This document shows, piece by piece, positions 1 to 8,935 of a stretch of DNA of 64,000 bases (positions are counted from its first letter, which is position 1; every line of letters starts with the position of its first letter). Source of the stretch: Hydrurus foetidus (lineage: Eukaryota); NCBI GenBank assembly GCA_900617105.1, contig UYFQ01000006.1, positions 62,001 to 126,000 of the forward strand, in the 5' to 3' direction. The position numbers and the translations under genes are program-made. The notes below the pieces were generated by a model that worked only from the letters and a program-made list of their open reading frames with translations, had not been told where the DNA came from and did not search any database.

Positions 1-399
1 AGCTGGGCAAATCAGCCGAACAGAGGGAAAGTAGCTGGTGTACCGCGCTGAATCCCGCGTCAGAATCACCCAACCCTCAGACTGAGCCTGTGCGCCGATG
101 AAGAAATCGGCCAATACCCCAGTCTTGGTGCCTTTGCGTTTGCGGTAGAGCAAAAACGCCTCACCTGCAAAATAAGCGGCTGGGCGAGAAATAGGCTTCA
201 CACTGATCTTGGCACGCTTTAAGAAAGCGTCCAAAACCACCATCGTCTCAAACGCAGGCACCAACTCAGCGTAACCCACAGAGTTGATGCACAACGGGCC
301 TTTTTGCATCGCGGCAAACAGTTGCGTTGCAGACCAAGAGGCCCACACTGGGTCGTCTTGCACCAAATCAATCAGCACATTGGTATCTACCAGCGTCAT
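1..399 (-). CDS. vapC: PIN-domain (VapC-like) toxin, 3' end runs off window
   Basis: Not in ORF track. Own translation from ATG at 399: MTLVDTNVLIDLVQDDPVW...YAELV...LADFFIGAQA...ILTRD...YFPSV, with the PIN acidic motifs; ATGA overlap with upstream antitoxin stop. Confidence 0.85.
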   Translation of the reverse strand, partial: MTLVDTNVLIDLVQDDPVWASWSATQLFAAMQKGPLCINSVGYAELVPAFETMVVLDAFLKRAKISVKPISRPAAYFAGEAFLLYRKRKGTKTGVLADFFIGAQAQSEGWVILTRDSARYTSYFPSVRLICPA

Positions 400-641
400 G
401 CTTGGTTCCAATCTTCCCCTCGGGTCATTTGCATGACTTGCTCGGTGGAGATTTTGCGGTTTCCCGTTCCGCGTAGCGCCGTGAAAGGGTTCACCGTGTC
501 AACTTGGCGCACAGGCTTGGCGACCAGTCGCAAATGTTTTTCGAGCGCCTGTTGCACCACAGCAGATTTGCTAAGGTGCTGCGCTTCGCAGTACGCGGAA
601 AGCTGGATTTCCAAAGGGGAAGGTAAGCGAACTGAAAGCAT
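396..641 (-). CDS. Ribbon-helix-helix (CopG-like) antitoxin
   Basis: 81 aa, MLSVRLP...LSKSAVVQQAL RHH pattern; translationally coupled to PIN gene. Confidence 0.8.
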   Translation of the reverse strand: MLSVRLPSPLEIQLSAYCEAQHLSKSAVVQQALEKHLRLVAKPVRQVDTVNPFTALRGTGNRKISTEQVMQMTRGEDWNQA

Positions 642-657
642 GAATTAATTCACATCC

Positions 658-690
658 GTATGACAACAATGGCCTATCAGTGTATGACAA
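658..690 (-). promoter_or_regulatory. Putative TA autoregulatory operator (direct repeat GTATGACAA x2)
   Basis: GTATGACAA at 658-666 and 682-690, just upstream of the antitoxin start. Confidence 0.5.
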
Positions 691-729
691 TAAGCCCTCA
701 TTGCTCTTAACCTGAACACCGAAACCACC

Positions 730-1119
730 ATGTCCACCCCAAAAAGCGTCCTCATCATCGGCCTGCAACCTCACCTCATCGACTTCTCAGCGCCTGATTA
801 CGCTGCGTTCCCCGGTTTAGATGCTGCCAAAGTCATGGCTTCGCTGGAGGCTGATGAAGCCAACCTGATAGCGCTGGGCTACGACGCCAAAATGTGCCTG
901 ACGGATTTTGGCGACACCGCTGAAGCAGCCGTCATTGCCGCCCTCAAGCAGCAGCCTTTTGACTGCGTGCTGGTGGGTGCCGGGGTGCGAACCATCGGCA
1001 AGCATTTCATGCTGTTTGAAAAAGTCATCAACGCCATCCACGCCAACGCCCCCCAAGCCAAACTGTGCTTCAACACCAAACCCAGCGATACCGCTGAAGC
1101 GGTGCAGCGCTGGGTTTAA
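730..1119 (+). CDS. Hypothetical protein (129 aa)
   Basis: Coding-like composition and codon usage; no recognised motif. Confidence 0.75.
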   Translation: MSTPKSVLIIGLQPHLIDFSAPDYAAFPGLDAAKVMASLEADEANLIALGYDAKMCLTDFGDTAEAAVIAALKQQPFDCVLVGAGVRTIGKHFMLFEKVINAIHANAPQAKLCFNTKPSDTAEAVQRWV

Positions 1120-1129
1120 CGATCAGGTG

Positions 1130-1186
1130 GTGTAAATTCGTCCACTTGGTGGTTGAATTTACACCACCAAGTGGACGAATTTACAC
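1130..1186. repeat. Perfect 24-bp inverted repeat with 9-nt spacer
   Basis: GTGTAAATTCGTCCACTTGGTGGT (1130-1153) and exact reverse complement (1163-1186). Confidence 0.9.
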
Positions 1187-1225
1187 AGCGGCAACCCCGC
1201 CATGACCCCACGCACACCCTGAGTC

Positions 1226-2170
1226 ATGGACCACTTCAAACAACTCCAAACCTTCGCGTCCATCGCCGCCAAAGGCAGCCTGACAGCAGCCGCCAAGGCG
1301 CAAGGCGTTGCACCTGCCATCATGGGCCGCCGTCTGGACGCACTGGAGCAGCGGTTGGGCGTGAAGCTGCTGGTGCGCAGCACGCGGCGCATCAGCCTGA
1401 CGCACGAAGGCAGTGCGTTTTTGGAAGACTGCCAGCGCATCCTCGCTGATCTGGCCAACGCCGAGGCCAGCGTCTCTGCGGGCGGCATCAAGGCCAGCGG
1501 GCATTTGCGGCTGACCGCCCCTGCCGGGTTTGGCCGCCGCCACGTGGCCCCGCTGGTGCCACGTTTTCGCGAGCTTCACCCCGAAGTTACCATCTCCCTG
1601 AACTTGAGCGACCGGGTGGTGGACATTGCCGGGGAAGCCTATGACTGCGCCGTGCGGGTCGGCGACATGCCTGATTCGTCGATGGTCAGCGTGCGCTTGG
1701 CCGCGAACCGGCGCTTGTGCGTGGCAACACCCAAGTATTTACAGCAGCACGGTACGCCGCAGCACCCGAGCGAGCTGGGCAAATTCGCCTGCCTGACGCT
1801 TTCCAGCGATGCATCGCAAACCCGAGGCTGGGCGTTTTGCCTGGACGCACCAGAAAGCGAACAGAGCGATGCCAACCCCGGCACCGTCACCTACCTCAAA
1901 CCCCACGGCCCGCTGGACTGCTCAGACGGCCAAGTGCTGCACGACTGGTGCCTCGCGGGCTACGGCATCGCATGGCGCAGCACCTGGGAAGTAGAAGGCG
2001 AAATCGCTGCCGGGCAACTGGTGGCGGTGCTGGAAGCCTTTGCCGCGCCGCCCAACGGCATCTACGCCGTCTTCCCCGACCGCCGCCATATGCCGCTGCG
2101 GGTACGGCTGTGGATTGATTATTTGAAGCGCCAGTACGGGCAGAGCGACTTCTGGACGCGGGGCCGATAA
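1226..2170 (+). CDS. LysR-family transcriptional regulator (CrgA/DmlR-like)
   Basis: N-terminal HTH GSLTAAA...LEQRLGVKLLVRSTRRISLT; substrate-binding domain. Confidence 0.95.
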   Translation: MDHFKQLQTFASIAAKGSLTAAAKAQGVAPAIMGRRLDALEQRLGVKLLVRSTRRISLTHEGSAFLEDCQRILADLANAEASVSAGGIKASGHLRLTAPAGFGRRHVAPLVPRFRELHPEVTISLNLSDRVVDIAGEAYDCAVRVGDMPDSSMVSVRLAANRRLCVATPKYLQQHGTPQHPSELGKFACLTLSSDASQTRGWAFCLDAPESEQSDANPGTVTYLKPHGPLDCSDGQVLHDWCLAGYGIAWRSTWEVEGEIAAGQLVAVLEAFAAPPNGIYAVFPDRRHMPLRVRLWIDYLKRQYGQSDFWTRGR

Positions 2171-2235
2171 AATCCACCCGCTTCACCTGAGTCGGACTTG
2201 CCGCATCTCTGGAATGCGTCACCCCCAACGTCCGA

Positions 2236-3501
2236 ATGAAACTTCAAACACAACGCCTGATTGACCGCTGGATAGGCCAGTTGCTGTGCGCCGCTATCTC
2301 TGGCTGGGCCAAACTGGCGCGGCGCGGCGAGCAAGACACCCCATCCACCCGGCCACACGCCCCGCGCCCGGTGAAACACATCCTCGTCATCATGCTGTCC
2401 GAAATGGGCAGCATGGTGCTGGCCGGGCCGATGTTTGCACTGATCAGGCAACGCTTCCCCGAGGCCACCGTCCATGTGCTGCAACTCAAAAAGAACCAGC
2501 AGGTGTCCACCCTGCTGCGCATCGCCCAACCTCAGCACATGCACGCGCTGGACGACAGCTCGCTCACAGGCTTGCTCAGCAGCCTGTGGCGCGTGACCCG
2601 CGCATTGCGGGCTTTGCCGGTGGACGCGGTGATCGACTGTGAACTGTTCTCGCGCATCAGCGCCCTGATGGCCTACGCCAGTGGCGCACCGCAGCTCGTG
2701 GGCTTCACGCCGCACACGCAAGAGGGGCTGTACCGGGGCTCGTTCATGACCCACGCCATCCCCTACAACCCGTACCGCCATATCAGCCAGCAGTTCGTGG
2801 CGCTGGTGGATGCCCTGCAAGACACCCGTGCTGCGCCCACCCTGCCGCGCACCAAGTGGAGCCTGCTGCAAACCCTGCCCGAAGATTCGGGGATGCGGGT
2901 GGACTTTGAGGCTGGGGAGTTGGAAACCTTCAAAGCCCGCTTGCTGCGCGACTTTCCGCAGATCGACCAAACCAAGTTGACGTTGGTTTACGCCAGCGGC
3001 GGCATCCTGCCTGAGCGAGCGTGGCCGCAGGCGCATTACGTGGAACTGGTGCGCGGCCTGTGTGCAGCGGGTCACGCGGTGGGGTTGATTGGGCTGCCGG
3101 AAGACACACCGCTGGCGAAAAGCATTCAGGCGCAAATCGCGGGGGCATCGTCGCTGTGCATTGATTTGACGGGCTACACCAAAAGCATCCGCGAGCTGCT
3201 GATGCTGTTTCACCAAGGCAGCCTGCTGGTGACGAACGACGGTGGCCCAGGTCACTTTGCCAGCCTCACGCCCATCCGCACCTTCATGTTCTTTGGGCCT
3301 GAGACCAGCCGCCTCTACGGGCCACTTTCCAGGCGCACCACCGTGTTTGACTTGCAAATCGCCTGCTCGCCCTGCCTCAGCGCCTACAACCACCGTCAGA
3401 CGTTTTGCGACGGCGATAACCAGTGCCTAAAGCGCATTGAACCCTCACAGGTGCTGCGCATGGCGCTACAAGAATTGACGACAGAAAGCCCCGCCCCATG
3501 A
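2236..3501 (+). CDS. Glycosyltransferase family 9 (heptosyltransferase-like)
   Basis: LSEMGSMVL, ERAWP, LVTNDGGPGHFA, FGPET, CSPC motifs. Confidence 0.85.
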   Translation: MKLQTQRLIDRWIGQLLCAAISGWAKLARRGEQDTPSTRPHAPRPVKHILVIMLSEMGSMVLAGPMFALIRQRFPEATVHVLQLKKNQQVSTLLRIAQPQHMHALDDSSLTGLLSSLWRVTRALRALPVDAVIDCELFSRISALMAYASGAPQLVGFTPHTQEGLYRGSFMTHAIPYNPYRHISQQFVALVDALQDTRAAPTLPRTKWSLLQTLPEDSGMRVDFEAGELETFKARLLRDFPQIDQTKLTLVYASGGILPERAWPQAHYVELVRGLCAAGHAVGLIGLPEDTPLAKSIQAQIAGASSLCIDLTGYTKSIRELLMLFHQGSLLVTNDGGPGHFASLTPIRTFMFFGPETSRLYGPLSRRTTVFDLQIACSPCLSAYNHRQTFCDGDNQCLKRIEPSQVLRMALQELTTESPAP

Positions 3502-3956
3502 CCGAATTGCTGCGCACACTGGTGGCGCGACTGCTGAAAATCCGTTACGCCAAATTCGGCATCGTTGGCGCCAGCGGTACGGTGGTGAACATGGTGGTGC
3601 TGTACGTGGCACAAGAGCTGCTGTTCAGCGGCATCGCAGCGCCGCGTGAGCGCCTGTACGTGTCGCTCGCGCTGGCCATTTTCATCGCCACCATCAACAA
3701 CTTTTCGTGGAACCGGCTGTGGACGTGGGCTGACCGGCAAGCCCCCACCGGTACAGCGGATACGCCAGCCCCCAGCACCCTGACCTTGTTTGCCAAGTAC
3801 CTGCTCGCCTCTTGGCTGGGCATCGCGCTGCAATACGGTTTAACGCTGTGGCTGGCCCATTACATCGACTACCGCTACGCCAACCTGCTCGCCATCGTGC
3901 TGGCCAGCGTCAGCAACTTCGTCGCCAACGACCGCTGGACGTTCCGCAAAAAATGA
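3498..3956 (+). CDS. GtrA-family membrane protein (putative Und-P-sugar flippase)
   Basis: KFGIVGASGTVVN, NNFSWNRLWTW, NFVANDRWTF; four TM segments. Confidence 0.9.
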   Translation: MTELLRTLVARLLKIRYAKFGIVGASGTVVNMVVLYVAQELLFSGIAAPRERLYVSLALAIFIATINNFSWNRLWTWADRQAPTGTADTPAPSTLTLFAKYLLASWLGIALQYGLTLWLAHYIDYRYANLLAIVLASVSNFVANDRWTFRKK

Positions 3957-3968
3957 GACCGCAGCATC

Positions 3969-5807
3969 ATGACTGAAATAAGCCGTTTCAGCACACCCAC
4001 TATGCGGTGGATGCTCTTGTTTTTGATGATGGCTGCCTGCTACCTGACGGGCTTGGACAGCCTGTACCTGCCCAGCAACGGCGATGAGATGGTCTACAGC
4101 CGCATCGCCCGCCTGACAGCCCAATCCGGCCACTGGCTGCCGCTGGTGTCCGACCTTGACCACATGCGCAACACCAAACCGCCGCTGCTGTTTTGGCAGG
4201 CGATGCTGGCGGGCGACTGGGGCCAACACTGGAATTTAGCCCGGCTGCGCCTGCCTGCCGTGCTGTACTCGCTGCTGATCGCGGCTTGTGTGGGCTGGAC
4301 GACGTGGCTGGCGGCGCGTCAAAAGGACTTGGCGATCATCGCGGCCTGTGTCTACCTCGCCTTTTTCAGCAGCTTTCGCTACGGACGGCCCTACCTGACC
4401 AGCGCAGCTGAGACGTTTTGGCTGGGCCTGCCGATGTTTGGCCTGCTCTGGCGCGGCCTTGCATTTGCAGCACCCTCTGCGCTCGCCTCGCCGAATTTCT
4501 CCCTGTCCCCATCTTCCACCCTCTCCCACTGGGAGAGGGCAGGGGTGAGGGCATCCCCCGCCCCCGAATCATCCCTCCCAAGCTGGCCCCTTCTCACCCT
4601 CTGGGGACTCGCCTGGGGCTTGGGTCTCGCCTACAAATCCTTCGCCCTCATCGCCCCCGCTGGTGCCAGCCTGTGGTGCGCCATGCTGCTTATGCACCGC
4701 AATGGCAGCTGGTCACGGGTTGCCAACATCACCGTGCGTGCTGCGTGGTGCGGCATGGTGGGCTTAAGCGTGTTTGGCCTGTGGTTTGTGCTGGATCCAC
4801 AACCCCAAGCCGTATGGAACGAGTTCGTGGTGGGTGAAAACGCCGGCAAGCTGGCCACCAGCACTCAGCCCTTCAGCGTGACGGCCAAGGATGTGCTGGT
4901 GCAGGCACTGGCGACGGTGGAGAACGGGGGATTATTGGCGGGACTGGTGTTGGGTCTGATGGTGCTGGGGTTGAAGGCCGTTATCGCCCGTAAAAACACC
5001 CCCGCCCCCCAATCCTGGCTGGTGCCCGCCCTGGTCGTGTGGCTGCTGGTTTGGGGCATCGTGTTTTGCCTCCCTAGCCAACGCTCCGCCCGCTACGTGA
5101 TTCCAGCCATGCCTGCGTTGGCGGTGCTGGTGGCGCTCTATTGGCACCGGCTGGCACGGTGCTGGTTCATCGTCACCTTCGTGATGAGTCTGCCCGTGCT
5201 GCTGGTGCTGGGCCGTATTGCGCAAAGCCTGTGGACTCAAGAGATTGCGACGGACTGGGAAGCCTTTGCGGCGCTGCTGGCGCTGGCTGTGGGGGGGATC
5301 GCCGTGCTGGGTGGAATGCTCATCCGCAGCTGGACACGCGCCAGCGCCTTGGTGACGGTGGTGGCGGTTTACGCCTTGCTCAACGCCACCCTGGCCCCGC
5401 TTTCCGGCCCGGCAGGAAGGTTTGTGCTGCCTGCAAATGCATTGGCTCACAGCGCGCTGGTCGCCGTGCCCAGCACCTTCAACGCCCAGTACGAGCGCTA
5501 CCAGTTCCTGCTGCCGAACGCTGCCAACCTGCGCATCAGCCCCTACAGCCCAAAAGCAGAATCAGATCAACTCCCTGAGCTGCTGCAAACCTACGATGCG
5601 GTGGTGTGGCAGCAAACCGGTGGTCAAAGCGTGCCCGCCTGTGCGCAGCCGCCATCCACGCCCCTTCAGCCCGCCACCTGCCGCATCATCGCTACCCGCT
5701 GGGACATCAAAACCCGCCATCAGCCGGGGGAGATTCATGTGGGGAACATGCTTTACCCCGAGCAATGGTTGCTGCGGCGGGAATGGGTGCTGGTGCGGTC
5801 AAACTGA
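3969..5807 (+). CDS. ArnT/PMT-like GT-C membrane glycosyltransferase
   Basis: DEMVY...KPPLLFW, multiple TMs, RYVIPAMPALA. Confidence 0.8.
   Translation: MTEISRFSTPTMRWMLLFLMMAACYLTGLDSLYLPSNGDEMVYSRIARLTAQSGHWLPLVSDLDHMRNTKPPLLFWQAMLAGDWGQHWNLARLRLPAVLYSLLIAACVGWTTWLAARQKDLAIIAACVYLAFFSSFRYGRPYLTSAAETFWLGLPMFGLLWRGLAFAAPSALASPNFSLSPSSTLSHWERAGVRASPAPESSLPSWPLLTLWGLAWGLGLAYKSFALIAPAGASLWCAMLLMHRNGSWSRVANITVRAAWCGMVGLSVFGLWFVLDPQPQAVWNEFVVGENAGKLATSTQPFSVTAKDVLVQALATVENGGLLAGLVLGLMVLGLKAVIARKNTPAPQSWLVPALVVWLLVWGIVFCLPSQRSARYVIPAMPALAVLVALYWHRLARCWFIVTFVMSLPVLLVLGRIAQSLWTQEIATDWEAFAALLALAVGGIAVLGGMLIRSWTRASALVTVVAVYALLNATLAPLSGPAGRFVLPANALAHSALVAVPSTFNAQYERYQFLLPNAANLRISPYSPKAESDQLPELLQTYDAVVWQQTGGQSVPACAQPPSTPLQPATCRIIATRWDIKTRHQPGEIHVGNMLYPEQWLLRREWVLVRSN
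3976..4030 (-). repeat. 55-bp coding-embedded motif, degenerate copy
   Basis: minus: atcat caaaaacaa gagc atcca ccgc atagtgggtgt gctg aaac ggct tattt. Confidence 0.5.
4519..4551 (+). repeat. CCCTCTCCC-N3-GGGAGAGGG REP-like palindrome inside ArnT-like CDS
   Basis: ccctctccc act gggagaggg caggggtgaggg; translated as TLSHWERAGVR in a low-complexity loop. Confidence 0.75.
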
Positions 5808-5819
5808 CCTTAGCTTGCC

Positions 5820-6497
5820 TTAAATTGCCCGTAATCGCGCTGCTGTCAGCGCTGCCACATCGCGCACCCAAGGCTGCTGCGCCCAATGCGCCTTCGCAAA
5901 AGCGTTGATCTGGTCTTGGTAGGTAAGCGACAGGCCAATCACATCCAGCCCTTCCAAAAACATCTGCCGGTGACGCGCTGACAGCGCGAACGGGGCATCG
6001 ACGCTGGCGCTCTGCACCCGCATCGCTTCAACGTCAATGCACACGGTGCCTTGCTGGTCAGCGTCCGCCATCAGCCGGGCCATTTGGTCTTCGGGCAGCA
6101 TCACCAGCATCAAGCGGTTGTTCATCGCGTTGGAATAGAAAATTTCGCCAAAGCTGGGGGCGATCACTGCCTGGATGCCGTACTGCTGCAAGCCCCACAC
6201 GGCGTGTTCGCGGCTGGAGCCGCAGCCGAAGTTCGCACCTGCCAGCAGGATTCGGGTGGCGGCGTAGGCAGGGCGGTTCAGCACGAAATCAGGGCGGGCA
6301 AGGCCAGCCGCGTCAAAGCGCAGGTCGTAGAGCAGGCCACGGTCAAGACCGGCTTTGTCGATGCCGTGCAGGAACTGCTTGGGCATGATTTGGTCGGTGT
6401 CCAGGTTGTCGATGCGGACGCTCGCAGCACGGCCTTCCAGCACGCCAGATGGGCGTGGGCTGCTATTGTTTTTAATGCTTTTAATGTGCTCAAGCAT
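5820..6497 (-). CDS. leuD: Isopropylmalate isomerase small subunit family (LeuD paralogue)
   Basis: NLDTDQIMPK, NFGCGSSREHAVW; start taken at ATG 6497 overlapping leuC stop. Confidence 0.9.
   Translation of the reverse strand: MLEHIKSIKNNSSPRPSGVLEGRAASVRIDNLDTDQIMPKQFLHGIDKAGLDRGLLYDLRFDAAGLARPDFVLNRPAYAATRILLAGANFGCGSSREHAVWGLQQYGIQAVIAPSFGEIFYSNAMNNRLMLVMLPEDQMARLMADADQQGTVCIDVEAMRVQSASVDAPFALSARHRQMFLEGLDVIGLSLTYQDQINAFAKAHWAQQPWVRDVAALTAARLRAI
6425..6479 (-). repeat. 55-bp coding-embedded motif copy (LeuD N-terminus)
   Basis: minus: agcat taaaaacaa tagc agccc acgc ccatctggcgt gctg gaag gccg tgctg. Confidence 0.55.
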
Positions 6498-7929
6498 GGT
6501 GAAGCTCCAGGGTGCGGACATCGGTGATCGCGCCGGTAACGGCGGCTGCGGCGGCCATCGCGGGGCTCATCAGGTGGGTGATGGCACCCCGGCCTTGGCG
6601 GCCTTCAAAGTTGCGGTTGGTGGTGGACGCGCAGCGTACACCGGGGGCGAGCAGGTCGCCGTTCATCGCCAAGCACATGGAGCAACCGGGTTGCCGCCAC
6701 TCGAACCCTGCGTCCAGCAGCAGTTGGGCGATGCCCTCGGCTTCGGCTTGCGCTTTCACCGCGCCGGAGCCGGGCACGACCATCGCCCGTACACCGCTGG
6801 CCACGCGCCGCCCGCGCACCACATCGGCCACGGCACGCAGGTCTTCGATGCGGGCGTTGGTACACGAGCCGATGAACACATGCTGCACAGGCGTGCCTGC
6901 GATGGCCGCACCAGCCGTCAAGCCGGTGTAGCGCAGCGCCTGCTCGGTGCTGCGCCGCACTGAATCGCTGTTTTGGGCTTCGGGTTGGGCTTCGGGGTGG
7001 GGGATGTGCCCGCTGATGGGGATGACCTGATCCGGGCTGGTGCCCCAGGTGACGTGGGGGGCGACATCGCTGGCGTTGAAGTGGTGTTCTACGTCGAACG
7101 TCGCATCAGGGTCGCTGTGCAGCGTGGCCCAATGGGCGAGCGCAGTGGTTTGCACGGCCCCGACGATGTCCGGTGCGCGGGCCAGCACATAGGCGATGGC
7201 CGCAGCGTCCGGGGCGATCAAGGCACCGCGTGCGCCAGCTTCGACGGCCATGTTGCACAGGGTGAAGCGGGCTTCTACCGAAAGCGCGTCGATCGCACTG
7301 CCGCAAAACTCCACCACATGGCCGCGTGCGCCCTGGGCGCTTATCTGGCCTATCACCATCAAAATCACATCTTTGGCGGTGGTGCCGGGCGGCAGTGTGC
7401 CGTCAATGCGGATGCGCATGTCTTGTGCGAGCCGGTAGACCAGCGTTTGCGTGGCCAGCACATGCTCGACCTCGGAGGTGCCAATGCCAAAGCCCAAAGC
7501 GCCCAAAGCGCCGTAGGTGGTCGTGTGGCTGTCACCGCAGATCACCACCATGCCGGGGCGGATCATGCCGTGCTCTGGGGCGATGACATGCTCGATGCCT
7601 TGCAGCGCATCGTTGGTGTCAAACAGCGGGATGTGGTGGCGCTCACAGTTGCGCTGCAGGTTGCTGGCCTGCAAGGCGGGGGCCGCGTCCGGAATAGTGC
7701 GTAACTGGCCGGATTGGGGCGTGTCGGTGGGGATGACGTGGCTGACCACGGCCACGTTTTGGCCGGGCATAAGGACACCTCGGCCCTGTTCGTGCAGCCC
7801 CGCAAAAGCCTGTGGGCTCGTGTACTCGTTCATCAGGTGCAGGTCACAAAACAGGAGCACGTTTTGCACGTCCAGCTTGGCGACGGTGTGCGAAGCCACC
7901 AGTTTTTGATAAAGCGTTTGAGGGATCAT
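6490..7929 (-). CDS. leuC: Isopropylmalate isomerase large subunit family (LeuC paralogue, [4Fe-4S])
   Basis: CGDSHTTTYGA, FIGSCTN, GCSMCLAMN, STTNRNFEGRQG; likely start ATG 7929 (MIPQTLYQK). Confidence 0.9.
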   Translation of the reverse strand: MIPQTLYQKLVASHTVAKLDVQNVLLFCDLHLMNEYTSPQAFAGLHEQGRGVLMPGQNVAVVSHVIPTDTPQSGQLRTIPDAAPALQASNLQRNCERHHIPLFDTNDALQGIEHVIAPEHGMIRPGMVVICGDSHTTTYGALGALGFGIGTSEVEHVLATQTLVYRLAQDMRIRIDGTLPPGTTAKDVILMVIGQISAQGARGHVVEFCGSAIDALSVEARFTLCNMAVEAGARGALIAPDAAAIAYVLARAPDIVGAVQTTALAHWATLHSDPDATFDVEHHFNASDVAPHVTWGTSPDQVIPISGHIPHPEAQPEAQNSDSVRRSTEQALRYTGLTAGAAIAGTPVQHVFIGSCTNARIEDLRAVADVVRGRRVASGVRAMVVPGSGAVKAQAEAEGIAQLLLDAGFEWRQPGCSMCLAMNGDLLAPGVRCASTTNRNFEGRQGRGAITHLMSPAMAAAAAVTGAITDVRTLELHHA

Positions 7930-8858
7930 GGTGTGGTTTCCAGCAAAAAGGGCAGCGCTTGGGCCAGCAAGGCCTCGGGCGCTTCTTCGGCGATGTAATG
8001 GCCGCAGGGCAGCGGTTCGCCGCGCACGTCGTCGGCCACCAAGCGCCATTCGGTGAGGGGCTGAAAGCAGCGATGGACGACGCCTTGTTCGCCCCACAGC
8101 GCCAGCAGCGGCATGGCCAATGTGTGTCCTGCCGCCACATCGGCCCGGTCATGCGCCAAGTCAATGCCCGCAGCAGCACGGTAGTCCTCGCACAGGCCGT
8201 GGGCAGCACCGGGCAGGCTCAGGGCGCGGGTGTATTCGGCAAAGGCACGGGGATCGAACGGGGCCAGACCCGCGCTGCGCCCGCCCATCACATCCCGCAG
8301 ATAGGCTGTAGGGTCGGCCTCAATCAGGCGCTCAGGCAGAGGCTTGGGCTGGATCAGAAAAAACCAGTGCCAGTAGGCGCGGGCAAAGGCTTCGTTGGTC
8401 TGCGCGTACATCGCCAGCGTGGGTGCGATGTCCAGCAGCACCATGCGGCGCACAGCCTCGCCGTGGTCAGCGGCCAGCCGGTGGGCGACGCGGGCACCCC
8501 GGTCGTGGGCCAGCACGCTGAACTGCGCAAAGCCTAACGCCTGCATCACCCGCAGCATGTCACGCGCCATCACGCGCTTGCTGTAGTTGGCATGGTCTGC
8601 TGTGCCCGCAGGTTTGGACGAATCCCCATAGCCCCGCAAATCGGCCAGCACCAGCGTGAAATGGGGCTTGAGCGCAGGCACGACTTTGTGCCAAATGGCG
8701 TGAGTTTGCGGATGGCCGTGGAGCAGCAGCAAGGGTGGGCGCTCCGCGTTGGCGCTGGCGGTATCCACAGCGATGTTGATCTGCACACCGTCATCGGTGG
8801 GGATGAGGCGGGTTTGGAAGCCGGGAAAGAGCGGCGGAGGAAGGGACGGGGTGTTCAT
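7926..8858 (-). CDS. Haloacetate (fluoroacetate) dehalogenase-like alpha/beta hydrolase
   Basis: HDRGARV nucleophile motif, LDIAPT, YWHWFF, EDYRA, GHYIAEE. Confidence 0.85.
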   Translation of the reverse strand: MNTPSLPPPLFPGFQTRLIPTDDGVQINIAVDTASANAERPPLLLLHGHPQTHAIWHKVVPALKPHFTLVLADLRGYGDSSKPAGTADHANYSKRVMARDMLRVMQALGFAQFSVLAHDRGARVAHRLAADHGEAVRRMVLLDIAPTLAMYAQTNEAFARAYWHWFFLIQPKPLPERLIEADPTAYLRDVMGGRSAGLAPFDPRAFAEYTRALSLPGAAHGLCEDYRAAAGIDLAHDRADVAAGHTLAMPLLALWGEQGVVHRCFQPLTEWRLVADDVRGEPLPCGHYIAEEAPEALLAQALPFLLETTP

Positions 8859-8935
8859 GCAGTCATCGTAACCCTGCACTTCAAAAATACAATCGCTTGA
8901 ATTTCAATTCTTTCAGTCGTTTAAGTTATCAATGT

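Noticed and set aside
5820..7929. Interpretation as the housekeeping leucine operon
   Set aside because: No leuB adjacent, and it is coupled to a dehalogenase-like gene under a LysR; treated as a paralogue
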